Shown in pieces: positions 40,839-49,817 of a stretch of DNA of 64,000 nucleotides. The notes under the pieces were generated by a model. It saw only the letters and a list, made by a program, of their open reading frames with translations. It was not told the origin of the DNA and made no database searches. A program made the position numbers and the translations under genes. The stretch covers positions 160,001 through 224,000 of the forward strand of contig CBDBHB010000006.1 in assembly GCA_965205505.1 (NCBI GenBank), given 5' to 3'. Positions within the stretch are counted from its first letter, which is position 1. Each line of letters opens with the position of its first letter. The stretch comes from Acidobacteriota bacterium (lineage in GTDB: Bacteria > Acidobacteriota > UBA890 > WLXD01).

Positions 40839-42452
40839 ATGAGCGGAAATCTCCTCACCCTGGTCGTCTTCCTGCCGGCGGTGGGCGCGCTCGCGATCGC
40901 GCTCCTGCTTGGTAAGGAACGCGACAACGCCATCAAGTGGACCGCGAACATCGTCCTGTTCGTCGATTTCCTGCTCTCGTTGCTACTACTACAGGGCTTC
41001 GATTTCGGGACCGCCGAGTTGCAGCACGTAACGCGGTTGCCGTGGATCCCTTCGATCGGTGTGGAGTACTTCACCGGCATCGATGGCATCTCCCTGTGCC
41101 TCATTCTGCTGACGACGCTGCTCGGCTCGATCGCTTGCCTGTCATCGTGGAACTACATCGAGACGCGGAACAAGGAATATTACGCCTACTTGCTGGTCCT
41201 GCAGAGCGGCATGCTGGGCGTGTTCATCGCCTTCGACTTCTTCCTCTTCTATATCTTCTGGGAAGTCATGCTGGTGCCGATGTACTTCCTCATCGGTATC
41301 TGGGGCGACAAGAACCGTCTGTACGCGGCCATCAAGTTTTTCCTGTACACGTTGGCCGGCTCGGTGCTGATGCTGGTCGGTATCCTGGCGCTGTACTTCT
41401 ACAACCACAGCGTCACCGGTGAGTGGACCACCAACATCCTGGCCTACTACCAGCTGTCGGTACCCGCTGACATGCAGTGGTGGGTATTCCTGGGCTTCTT
41501 CCTCGCCTTCGCGATCAAGGTGCCGATGTGGCCCTTCCACACCTGGCTCCCCGACGCCCACGTGCAGGCCCCCACCGCCGCTTCGGTGATCCTGGCGGCC
41601 GTGCTGCTGAAGATGGGCGCCTACGGATTCGTACGCCTGTCGCTGCCGATCATGCCGCAGGCATCGGTGCAGTTCGCGCCGATGATCGCCGTGCTGTCGA
41701 TCATCGCGATCATCTACGGTGCCCTGGTGGCGCTGATGCAAAAGGACTGGAAGAGCCTGGTGGCGTATTCGTCGGTCTCGCACATGGGCTTCATCACGTT
41801 GGGGATCTTCGCCCTCAACCCGATCGGCGTGCAGGGCAGCGTTCTGCAGATGCTCAATCACGGAGTCTCCACCGGTGGGCTGTTCCTGATCGTGGGCTTG
41901 ATGTACGAACGCACGCACACACGAGAGATCGCCGCGTTCTCGGGGCTGGCCAAGGTCATGCCGGTGTTCACGGTGCTGTTCGCCATCATCGCGCTGTCGT
42001 CGATGGGCCTTCCGGGGCTCAACGGCTTCGTCGGCGAGTTCTTGATTCTGATCGGCGCGTTCGAGTGGAACCCGGTTTATGTCTATTGGTCGGTCTGGGG
42101 CATCGTGCTCGCCGCGGCCTACCTGCTGTGGCTCTTCCAACGAGTCATGTTCGGCGAAGTCAAAGACGACAAGATCGCCAACCTCAGCGACCTCAGCATG
42201 CGCGAGGTGGCCACGCTGGTGCCGCTAGTCGTCCTCGCGGTGTGGATGGGGCTGTACCCGACGCCGGTACTCAACACGCTCGAGCCGCCGGTCAACGCCA
42301 TCGTCGAGCGTGTACGACCCGGCTACTTCGAGGGCAGTGGGATTCCGACGCCCGCCTTGCCCAGCCTCGAGGCGCTGCGCATCGCCGACGGAATCGACGA
42401 CCTGGCGCGGATCGACGAGCCCGTTGCTCAGGCGGCGACCGAGGAACGCTAG
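40839..42452 (+). CDS. nuoM: NADH-quinone oxidoreductase subunit M
   Basis: FWEVML, HTWLPDAHVQAPT and AYSSVSHMG. Confidence 0.95.
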   Translation: MSGNLLTLVVFLPAVGALAIALLLGKERDNAIKWTANIVLFVDFLLSLLLLQGFDFGTAELQHVTRLPWIPSIGVEYFTGIDGISLCLILLTTLLGSIACLSSWNYIETRNKEYYAYLLVLQSGMLGVFIAFDFFLFYIFWEVMLVPMYFLIGIWGDKNRLYAAIKFFLYTLAGSVLMLVGILALYFYNHSVTGEWTTNILAYYQLSVPADMQWWVFLGFFLAFAIKVPMWPFHTWLPDAHVQAPTAASVILAAVLLKMGAYGFVRLSLPIMPQASVQFAPMIAVLSIIAIIYGALVALMQKDWKSLVAYSSVSHMGFITLGIFALNPIGVQGSVLQMLNHGVSTGGLFLIVGLMYERTHTREIAAFSGLAKVMPVFTVLFAIIALSSMGLPGLNGFVGEFLILIGAFEWNPVYVYWSVWGIVLAAAYLLWLFQRVMFGEVKDDKIANLSDLSMREVATLVPLVVLAVWMGLYPTPVLNTLEPPVNAIVERVRPGYFEGSGIPTPALPSLEALRIADGIDDLARIDEPVAQAATEER

Positions 42453-42455
42453 GGC

Positions 42456-43928
42456 ATGAACAGCTTCCCGATTTCGACCTCCGACCTGGCGTCGCTGAAC
42501 GCCGAGATAACCCTGACGATCGGATCGCTCGTCGTGTTGGTGTGGGGTGCCTGCGCGGCTCGAACACGGTCTACTGGGCGGATGTTCGCGTGGGTGACGC
42601 TGCTCACGGTGCTCGGCGCTCTCGCCGGGGTTGTCTTCGGGATATCGCCGCAGATCGAGCGGGGCGTTACCGCGGCGTTCTCCGGTCAGCTAGCCGTCGA
42701 CGCCTTCGGGAGCTTCTTCGCGGTGCTTTTTCTTGTAACCGCGGCCCTCACCATTGCCGCCTCGGCCCGATTCTTGGAAGACGAGGACGCACACCTTCCC
42801 GAGTACTACTTCTTCATGCTCGTAGCGCTCGTCGGCATGATGATCATGGCACGCGGCGCCGACCTGATCAGCATCTTTGTGGGGCTCGAGCTGCAGGCGT
42901 TGTCGGTCTACGTGCTGGTTGGCTACCTCAAGAAAGATAAGCGCTCGAACGAGGGAGGCCTGAAGTACTTCATCCTTGGCGGCCTGTCCTCGGGCATTTT
43001 CATCTATGCGCTCTCGCTGATCTACGCCGTCGTCGGGACGACGAGCCTCGCGGCAATCGGCGCCTCCGTGGCAAACGGCAACCTGGCAGGCGATCCGATC
43101 CTGCTGCTGGGCCTGATCCTGTTGATCGTCTCGCTGGGCTTCAAAGTCGCCGCGGTTCCTTTCCACCTGTGGGCGCCAGACGCTTACACGGGCGCCGCTA
43201 CCCCGGTCACCCTGTTTATCTCGGTAGCCTCCAAAGCGGCGGCGTTCGCCATGATGATCCGTATCCTGTTCGTGGCTTTTTCGCCAATGACAGCGTCGTG
43301 GACATCGTTGCTGGCACTGTTGGCCGCCGTCACGATGACGTTTGGCAACGTCGCCGCGTTATCGCAGAACAACGTCAAGCGGATGTTTGCCTACTCGAGC
43401 GTCGCCCACGCGGGATACGCGCTGGTCGGGGTGGCGGCGGGCACTTCGTACGGCATCGCCGCCACGATGTACTACCTCTTCGCCTACACGTTCATGAACG
43501 TGGGGGCCTGGTCGATGGTGATCATGCTGCGCCGCAACGGGCTCGCCGGCGAGAGCGTTGACGACCTCAACGGGCTGGTGCACCGGTCGGGTACCGCAAC
43601 TGCGGCCATGCTGATCTTCCTGCTGTCGTTGGGAGGGATTCCGCCGACGATCGGCTTCCTCGGCAAGTGGTACGTGTTCGGTGCCGCCATCGACGCCGGC
43701 TATGGCTGGCTGGCGGTTGTCGGTGCGATCAACGCCGCCATCTCGCTCTTCTACTACCTGCGGATCGCCAAGGCGATGCTCATGAGCGAGGCCGACGCCG
43801 AGGTAACGCTTGCCCGGTCGATTCCGTTGCAGATGGCGCTCGGTGTCTGTGCCTCGATCACCGTGGCGGGCATCATCTGGGCCACGCCGATGGTGAACTG
43901 GGTACAGCGCGCCGCCCTTCAATTCTGA
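42456..43928 (+). CDS. nuoN: NADH-quinone oxidoreductase subunit N
   Basis: EGGLKYF, FKVAAVPFHLWAPD and AYSSVAHAGY. Confidence 0.95.
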   Translation: MNSFPISTSDLASLNAEITLTIGSLVVLVWGACAARTRSTGRMFAWVTLLTVLGALAGVVFGISPQIERGVTAAFSGQLAVDAFGSFFAVLFLVTAALTIAASARFLEDEDAHLPEYYFFMLVALVGMMIMARGADLISIFVGLELQALSVYVLVGYLKKDKRSNEGGLKYFILGGLSSGIFIYALSLIYAVVGTTSLAAIGASVANGNLAGDPILLLGLILLIVSLGFKVAAVPFHLWAPDAYTGAATPVTLFISVASKAAAFAMMIRILFVAFSPMTASWTSLLALLAAVTMTFGNVAALSQNNVKRMFAYSSVAHAGYALVGVAAGTSYGIAATMYYLFAYTFMNVGAWSMVIMLRRNGLAGESVDDLNGLVHRSGTATAAMLIFLLSLGGIPPTIGFLGKWYVFGAAIDAGYGWLAVVGAINAAISLFYYLRIAKAMLMSEADAEVTLARSIPLQMALGVCASITVAGIIWATPMVNWVQRAALQF

Positions 43929-43948
43929 ACCTCCTGGCCTGATTCGAG

Positions 43949-44224
43949 ATGGCCACCGCGCCGGAGCCGCAGCGAGACGACGCGAGCGGCTGGGCTCGAC
44001 AGCTCACCTTGGTGGGGCACGTCGGGGCGATGTTCCCGGTGGCGATCGGCCTCGGGTTCATGGGCGGCTACTGGCTCGACGGCCGTCTCGGCACGGCGCC
44101 GTGGCTGGCTCTACTGGGCTTCGGCCTCGGAGTCGTCGCCGCGATCCGCAATCTGCTGCGCTCGGTCGCCGCTCTCGAGGCGAGCGAGCGAAGCGAAGCG
44201 AGCGACGGGTCGGACGACATCTGA
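43949..44224 (+). CDS. atpZ: AtpZ/AtpI family (ATPase gene 1) membrane protein
   Basis: G..GGYWLD.RLGT.PW pattern; upstream of the F0 genes. Confidence 0.8.
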   Translation: MATAPEPQRDDASGWARQLTLVGHVGAMFPVAIGLGFMGGYWLDGRLGTAPWLALLGFGLGVVAAIRNLLRSVAALEASERSEASDGSDDI

Positions 44225-44279
44225 TCAGCGCGGGGCGATACGTCGGCCGCGGACGTCCCGCTCGCCGCAGCTGAGGACG

Positions 44280-44410
44280 CTAGTGGTCTGTAACAGAGGT
44301 TCGTTGCATATTATGGTGCGCGCGACTGAGTCGAATCCAAGGAGGCTCGACGACGGCGATGCTGAGAGTATCGCAGAGGAGGGCCGACGCCGGAGGTGGC
44401 CAGTCCCGCG
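44280..44410 (+). mobile_element. Left part of a CTAG-target MITE
   Basis: CTAGTGGTCTGTAACAGAGGTTCGTTGCATATT resembles the ends of 46053-46330; no nearby right end. Confidence 0.7.
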
Positions 44411-44574
44411 GCCGCCCGGAGGGCTGCTGGGTCGAGATGGGGCCAGATGTAGGACGGCCTGACGCAGGCGATGTCCTGGCAGGCCGCTGGCTACGCCGGT
44501 CAGCTTGGATTCGTCGGCCGGCCCCGGCACCATTGCGCCGACACGCACGCACCGTTTCAACAGCCGGAGGCTGC

Positions 44575-46056
44575 ATGATCGCCCTGACCCCGGCTCGGCT
44601 TATCGACGTTGACGAGCTGGACGATCGCGGGCTGCAGCGTACCGCCGACGCCCTCGAGCTTGGCGACGACCGGCTGGTGACCGATCGCCACCGCTACCGG
44701 TATCAAGCACCCGACGGGCTCCCCGATCGGAGCGCGCGCACGCTGCATGTGGACGACTTTTCCTTGATCGCCCACGTGTGCGATATCAGCGGCATCGACT
44801 ACTACCCGAGCAGGGCATTCGTGCGTCAACGTGACGGCGATCTCGTCGCCGGGACGTTCTCGCCGATCGACGGGTACGCCGACTATCTGGATCAACAGCT
44901 CGGGTTGGGTCAGTCGCAGTACGTACGCGCGGCTCCAGCACCTGGTGCACCGGCCTACGCGGCGTTCGAGGCACTTCTCGGCGACGACGGCGCGCAGCAG
45001 CGGATCGCTACCGCAGCTCGAGAGGCACACGACAACTTCTGGATCCATCCATATATGGGGTTGGAGGCAGCCTGGGAGCTCGGAAGGCGGCTCGCCGAGC
45101 GCACTGAGCGCCGGGTCCGCGTGCTAGGGCCGCCGCCGCGCCTCACCGAGCTCGCTAACAACAAGGTGTGGTTCAGATCGGCCGTCGAGCGGGTCCTCGG
45201 GCGGGAGTGGACGCTCGACTCATACACTGGGACGTGCACCAGGGAGATCACCGAAGACCTGGCAAGGGTGGCGGCTGACGCACCTCGCGTGGCCATCAAG
45301 CTCGCCGATAGCGCCTCCGGCATGGGTACCGAGATCGTCGAGGGGGCAGATGTCCGGAATCGATCACAGGAGTCGCTCGAGGCGTTCGTCGCCGACTGGC
45401 TCGCCAGCCACGGCTGGCAGGCGGAGTCGCCACCTGTCTCGGTGGAGCCATGGCGAACGGATGTTGTCGGATCGCCCAGCATCCAACTTTGGATACCCCC
45501 ACTCGACGGCGGACCGCCGCTGTTGGAGGGAATCTTCGATCAACGTTTCTACCCCACACAAGAACAGGTGTTTCAAGGCAGCGTGCCCAGCCAGTTGCCG
45601 CACACCTTACAGCGACGCATCGGTGCCGCGGGTCTGCTCCTGGGACGGCTATTTCAGCTCCTTAACTACGTGGGGCGCTGTTCGTTCGACACCATCCTGT
45701 GCGGCTCGAACGTCTCGAATGCCACCATCAAGTTCACTGAGTGCAATGGGCGGTGGGGCGGGACCAGCACCCCCATGAGCCTGATGAATCGACTGTTCGG
45801 CGACTATCGCCGTCAGCCCTACGTAGCCGGCGTGTTGCACTACGATCGACTCAAGGGCATCGGCGTCGACGAGTTCGTACGACAGCTCGCGGATGTACTG
45901 TTCGATGCTCGTACGGGTAGCGGATGGGGCATCGTGTTGAACGTGGGATGCCTGCGGCCGGCCGGCAAGCTCGATGTGATCAGCCTCGGTGAGTCGCCGG
46001 CGATTGCGGAACGGCGGCAGGGCGAGTTCCTCGACATCGTGGCATCGCGCTTCTAG
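44575..46056 (+). CDS. ATP-grasp-like ligase (pre-ATP-grasp/PGM1-related), uncharacterised
   Basis: NNK, AIKL..SASG.G, SPSIQ, GRCSFD and ECNGRWGG (ExNxR); RBS GGAGG. Confidence 0.65.
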   Translation: MIALTPARLIDVDELDDRGLQRTADALELGDDRLVTDRHRYRYQAPDGLPDRSARTLHVDDFSLIAHVCDISGIDYYPSRAFVRQRDGDLVAGTFSPIDGYADYLDQQLGLGQSQYVRAAPAPGAPAYAAFEALLGDDGAQQRIATAAREAHDNFWIHPYMGLEAAWELGRRLAERTERRVRVLGPPPRLTELANNKVWFRSAVERVLGREWTLDSYTGTCTREITEDLARVAADAPRVAIKLADSASGMGTEIVEGADVRNRSQESLEAFVADWLASHGWQAESPPVSVEPWRTDVVGSPSIQLWIPPLDGGPPLLEGIFDQRFYPTQEQVFQGSVPSQLPHTLQRRIGAAGLLLGRLFQLLNYVGRCSFDTILCGSNVSNATIKFTECNGRWGGTSTPMSLMNRLFGDYRRQPYVAGVLHYDRLKGIGVDEFVRQLADVLFDARTGSGWGIVLNVGCLRPAGKLDVISLGESPAIAERRQGEFLDIVASRF

Positions 46057-46330
46057 TGGCCTGTAACAGATGATCGTTGCGTATCGTGGTGGCGAAATGG
46101 GTCCGGATGCCAGGCGCGACGACGAGACGATGTTTGCCCATCTTGGAGGAGGAGCAACGCCGCAGACGGGCCGATTTCGCCGCCATCCTGCGGACAGATG
46201 GGCAGTTGCGGGCGATATCGGCGTTGCGCCTCGTCGACGATGCCCAATGCATCGCCTTCCTCCCCGCGCCTTGATCTCACCCGCAAATCCCATCTGCGAT
46301 ATGCAACGATCATCTGTTACAGGCCACTAG
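46053..46330. mobile_element. Complete ~270-bp MITE bounded by CTAG
   Basis: Terminal inverted repeats CTAGTGGCCTGTAACAGATGATCGTTGC / GCAACGATCATCTGTTACAGGCCACTAG. Confidence 0.9.
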
Positions 46331-46339
46331 TGTCCTGAC

Positions 46340-46750
46340 ATGCTGATGCGCAGGCCACCCGCAACGGATGAAACGGACGCTCTGATTCGACGTCTGAGGC
46401 GCAACTCGATCAACGCTCTTGTCGCCCTCGCGATCGTTGTCGGGGCCATCACTTGGTCGCTCGCTCAAATCGCTGGGCTGCTCCTGTCTGGAGTCCTCAT
46501 TTTGTTGAATTTCAAGGGGTTAGTGGCCCTGACGGATGGCATCCTGGGGACCGATCGGGAAGCGCCCGGGGCACTCCAGGCGGCGCTACTGCTTGGCCGG
46601 TATGTGTTGCTGGGTATTGGACTCTATGCTATCGTCCAGCTACCAGGCGTGGGGCCGATTCCGGTCGCCCTGGGGCTCTCGATTCTGGTTATCGCGGTTC
46701 TTCTGGAAGCGATTTTCTACCTCTCCACCGGCGCTGATCGCCGCTCCTAA
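46340..46750 (+). CDS. atpI: ATP synthase protein I
   Basis: Four-TM protein with LLNF and RY motifs directly before atpB. Confidence 0.75.
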   Translation: MLMRRPPATDETDALIRRLRRNSINALVALAIVVGAITWSLAQIAGLLLSGVLILLNFKGLVALTDGILGTDREAPGALQAALLLGRYVLLGIGLYAIVQLPGVGPIPVALGLSILVIAVLLEAIFYLSTGADRRS

Positions 46751-46767
46751 CTCACCCAAATACGGTC

Positions 46768-47463
46768 ATGGAGCACGAGGTCTCTGCCCTTTACAACTGG
46801 CTGCACGGCGGTCTTGACGCCGCCTTCGGCGCCGGGTTCATCACCGATCAGACCGTCATGGCGTGGTTCGTCGTGACGCTGTCGCTGGTGACCCTACCCT
46901 TGCTGGCGCGGCGCTTCTCGATGTACAAGCCGAGCCCAGCACAGCAGATGCTCGAGATCGGCGTAGGGTCGATCAATACTATGTGCGACGCCTTCATCGG
47001 CGAGAACAGCCGCAAGTACGCCAGGGTGATGGGGCCCATCGCGCTGTTTATCCTGCTATCGAACTTAGTGGGTTTCGTCCCTGGGTTTCAGCCACCTACC
47101 GCGGATCTCAACACCACAGCGGCGCTCGGCATCTGCTCATTCCTCATCTACAACTTCGTCGGCATCCGAGCACAGGGAACACGCTACTTGCAGCAGTTCA
47201 TCGGCGATCCGGTATGGCTGTCGCCCTTGATGATCCCCATCGAGATCCTTAGTCATCTGTCGCGACCCATCTCTCTATCGATCCGACTTTTTGGAAACAT
47301 GTTTGCCGAGCACACCCTCGCCGGTGTTTTCTTCTTCCTGCTACCAATTGGCCTGCCGGTAATCTTCGCGCCGCTAGGCGTATTCGTGTCGTTCATGCAG
47401 ACGTTCGTCTTCGTGATGCTGTCGATGCTCTACATCGCCGGCTCGCTGGAGCACGGCCACTAG
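46768..47463 (+). CDS. atpB: F0 ATP synthase subunit a
   Basis: PPTADLN, RPISLSIRLFGNM and Q.FVF..L. Confidence 0.95.
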   Translation: MEHEVSALYNWLHGGLDAAFGAGFITDQTVMAWFVVTLSLVTLPLLARRFSMYKPSPAQQMLEIGVGSINTMCDAFIGENSRKYARVMGPIALFILLSNLVGFVPGFQPPTADLNTTAALGICSFLIYNFVGIRAQGTRYLQQFIGDPVWLSPLMIPIEILSHLSRPISLSIRLFGNMFAEHTLAGVFFFLLPIGLPVIFAPLGVFVSFMQTFVFVMLSMLYIAGSLEHGH

Positions 47464-47512
47464 GCCGCAAGGGCTCGTCCGGCCCCAGCCCCCTCTGGAA
47501 AGGAGCATTCCG

Positions 47513-47842
47513 ATGTACAAGCGGCTCGCCTTCGTCGCGGCCAGCGCGTTCGCGCTACTCACCCCGAACCTCGCAATGGCGCAGGAAACCGCCAACAACT
47601 ACGACGTCGGCAGCTCGGTCGCGCTCGCAGCGGGCTTGGGTATGGCGATCGCCGCGGCTGGTTGCGGTATCGCCCAGAGCCGCGCCATCGCCGCCGCTCT
47701 CGAAGGCATTGCAAGAAACCCGAGCGCCGCGGGCCCCATCAGAGCTTCGATGATTTTCGGTCTCGTGCTCATCGAGTCACTGGCGATCTACGCGCTGTTG
47801 ATCGCCATCTTGTTGATCTTTCAGTTCGCACCGACCATGTAG
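47513..47842 (+). CDS. atpE: F0 ATP synthase subunit c
   Basis: IARNP loop and LIESLAIY. Confidence 0.95.
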   Translation: MYKRLAFVAASAFALLTPNLAMAQETANNYDVGSSVALAAGLGMAIAAAGCGIAQSRAIAAALEGIARNPSAAGPIRASMIFGLVLIESLAIYALLIAILLIFQFAPTM

Positions 47843-47883
47843 GACGGCGGCGTTTACCGCTGGCCGCCGTCACCGGCCGGTAG

Positions 47884-47920
47884 CCGTCGCAGGAATGTAC
47901 CTGCGGCGGCTCGCCTCTTG
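47884..47920 (+). terminator. Hairpin after atpE, possible terminator
   Basis: CCGTCGCAGG-AATGTA-CCTGCGGCGG stem; weak U-tract. Confidence 0.4.
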
Positions 47921-47942
47921 TTAGGCCATGATGCGCCCCTTG

Positions 47943-47966
47943 AGCACCCTGCTAGTGGCCTGTAAC
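47943..47966. repeat. Back-to-back repeat termini sharing CTAG; unoccupied IS110 target
   Basis: AGCACCCTG-CTAG-TGGCCTGTAAC. Confidence 0.7.
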
Positions 47967-48069
47967 CAGGCGACTAGGCTACGCCGGCCGCGGCAGCACC
48001 GCGTGCGCTGCTAAGATTACGCCGCGTTTCTGAACTCCTGGCGCGGCCCGCGGCCTCCTTGCGAACATC

Positions 48070-48564
48070 ATGTCCGACAACCACGGCTACGAGATCGACT
48101 ACGAGCACATCGACGTTGCTCGCTTGATGGAACAGGTGCGAGCCCGCGCAGCCGCGCGAGCCGGGAACGAGCCCACCCCCTCGATAGTCGATTCGCCGGA
48201 TCTACTGCGGCGGTTACGGGAAAACCTCGATCTCGACGACGAGCAACCCTACGAGCTGCAGCGAACACTACGACTGGCGGGCGATTGGAACATTGCTCCG
48301 GACGACCTGCGAGTGTCGCATGACGGCCCGATCGGTACGCTGATCAGTACCGTCCGCAGGCTGGCGCACCCCCTCGTGAAGGTGCTCGTCAACCTCGACG
48401 CGCCGCTACACAAGCAGTTCAAGATCAACCTCGGAATGGCGCACGCCATTCATGAGTTAACGCTCGAAAACGCCGCATTGCACTGCCGGGTGCAGGAGCT
48501 CTCGGAACGTATCGATGAGCTCGCGGAGCGCAGCAACGACGTGTCTACCGGCAGGTCTTGCTGA
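48070..48564 (+). CDS. Hypothetical protein with a C-terminal coiled coil, leading the GT cluster
   Basis: IDV..LM..VR N-terminus, SH.G.IG motif and heptad C-terminus. Confidence 0.65.
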   Translation: MSDNHGYEIDYEHIDVARLMEQVRARAAARAGNEPTPSIVDSPDLLRRLRENLDLDDEQPYELQRTLRLAGDWNIAPDDLRVSHDGPIGTLISTVRRLAHPLVKVLVNLDAPLHKQFKINLGMAHAIHELTLENAALHCRVQELSERIDELAERSNDVSTGRSC

Positions 48565-48568
48565 ACAA

Positions 48569-49789
48569 TTGCGCCTCGCTATTGTTGTCCAGCGATACGG
48601 CGCGGAGATCTCAGGAGGCGCTGAGCTTCACGCTCGGCTAGTTGCCCAGCGGCTCGCTCGGAGCCACGACTTGGTGGTCGTAACCACCTGCGCGTCGGAC
48701 TACGTAACCTGGCGCAATCACTATCCGCGCGGCCTCTCGAGCATCGATGGCATCCCTGTCTACAGATTTCCGGTGCGGCGTCCTCGCGACCCACAGCGCT
48801 TCGGGCAGCTACAGGAGAGGGTCTTTCATCGTCAGCACGATGAGCGCACGGCGCACGCGTGGATGGATGCCCAAGGTCCATATACGCCCAGGATGCTTCG
48901 ATGGATCAAGCACCATCGCAACACGTTCGACTACTTCATTTGTTTCTCTTATCGGTATTGGACTACGTGGCGCGCAATGCAGGCGGTCGAGGGTAAGGGC
49001 GTGCTTGTCCCTACCGCCGAACCGGACCCCGCCATCGAGCTGCCTCTGTACCACGCCGTATTTCGGTCGGCGCGGGCGATCATGTACAACTCCCACGAGG
49101 AACGCGCCATGATCCACCGCCACTCTGGGAACGAGTCGGTGCCAGGCGTGGTGGTTGGGGTCGGGATCGTCGAGGCTCCACCTGTCGACGCTACGCGCTT
49201 CCGCGCCACGCGTGGGGTGGACGGACCGTTTCTGCTTTACGTCGGCCGCATCGACCACAACAAGGGTTGCACACAGCTGTTCGACTTTTACCTGCGGGCC
49301 TACGATCGCCTCCAAGAGGAAGGTGTGCGTCCTCCGCGGCTCGTGCTCGCCGGAAGCGCCATGATGCCGATACCGGAGCACCCGGCGATTATTCACCTCG
49401 GCCGCGTTTCCGAGCAAGAGAAGTACGATGCCCTCGCGGCCTCGACGGCGCTGGTGATGCCGTCGTTCTACGAGAGCCTCTCGATGGTCCTGTTAGAAGC
49501 GTGGGCCCTGTCGCGTCCGGTGGTGGTAAACGCCCACTGTGACGTGATCCGAGGTCAGACACGACGCAGCAACGGCGGACTGTGGTATCGGAATAGCGCC
49601 GAGTTCGCTGAATGCGTGCAACTGCTAGCCGAGGATCCGCCCCTCGGAATCAGCCTCGGAGAGCGCGGGCACGCTTACTACGCGGCGAATTACACTTGGC
49701 CGACGATCGACGACAAGTACGAGACCATGCTGGCCCGGCTCCATGCGGATGACTCGGCCCGGCGCGGTCCGCGGCAAAGTACGAGCTGA
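48569..49789 (+). CDS. GT4 glycosyltransferase (type A)
   Basis: VVQRYG..GGAE, YVGRID and PSFYESLSMVLLEAW. Confidence 0.9.
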   Translation: MRLAIVVQRYGAEISGGAELHARLVAQRLARSHDLVVVTTCASDYVTWRNHYPRGLSSIDGIPVYRFPVRRPRDPQRFGQLQERVFHRQHDERTAHAWMDAQGPYTPRMLRWIKHHRNTFDYFICFSYRYWTTWRAMQAVEGKGVLVPTAEPDPAIELPLYHAVFRSARAIMYNSHEERAMIHRHSGNESVPGVVVGVGIVEAPPVDATRFRATRGVDGPFLLYVGRIDHNKGCTQLFDFYLRAYDRLQEEGVRPPRLVLAGSAMMPIPEHPAIIHLGRVSEQEKYDALAASTALVMPSFYESLSMVLLEAWALSRPVVVNAHCDVIRGQTRRSNGGLWYRNSAEFAECVQLLAEDPPLGISLGERGHAYYAANYTWPTIDDKYETMLARLHADDSARRGPRQSTS

Positions 49790-49817
49790 CGTGGGCGGAT
49801 CATCCAATACAGCCAGC

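Noticed and set aside
44180-44205. GCGA-rich tandem at the atpZ 3' end
   Set aside because: Too short, and single-copy here, to call as a REP element.
44359-44574. 72-aa N-terminal extension or precursor peptide for the ATP-grasp gene
   Set aside because: It starts inside the repeat remnant, and a good RBS precedes the ATG at 44575.
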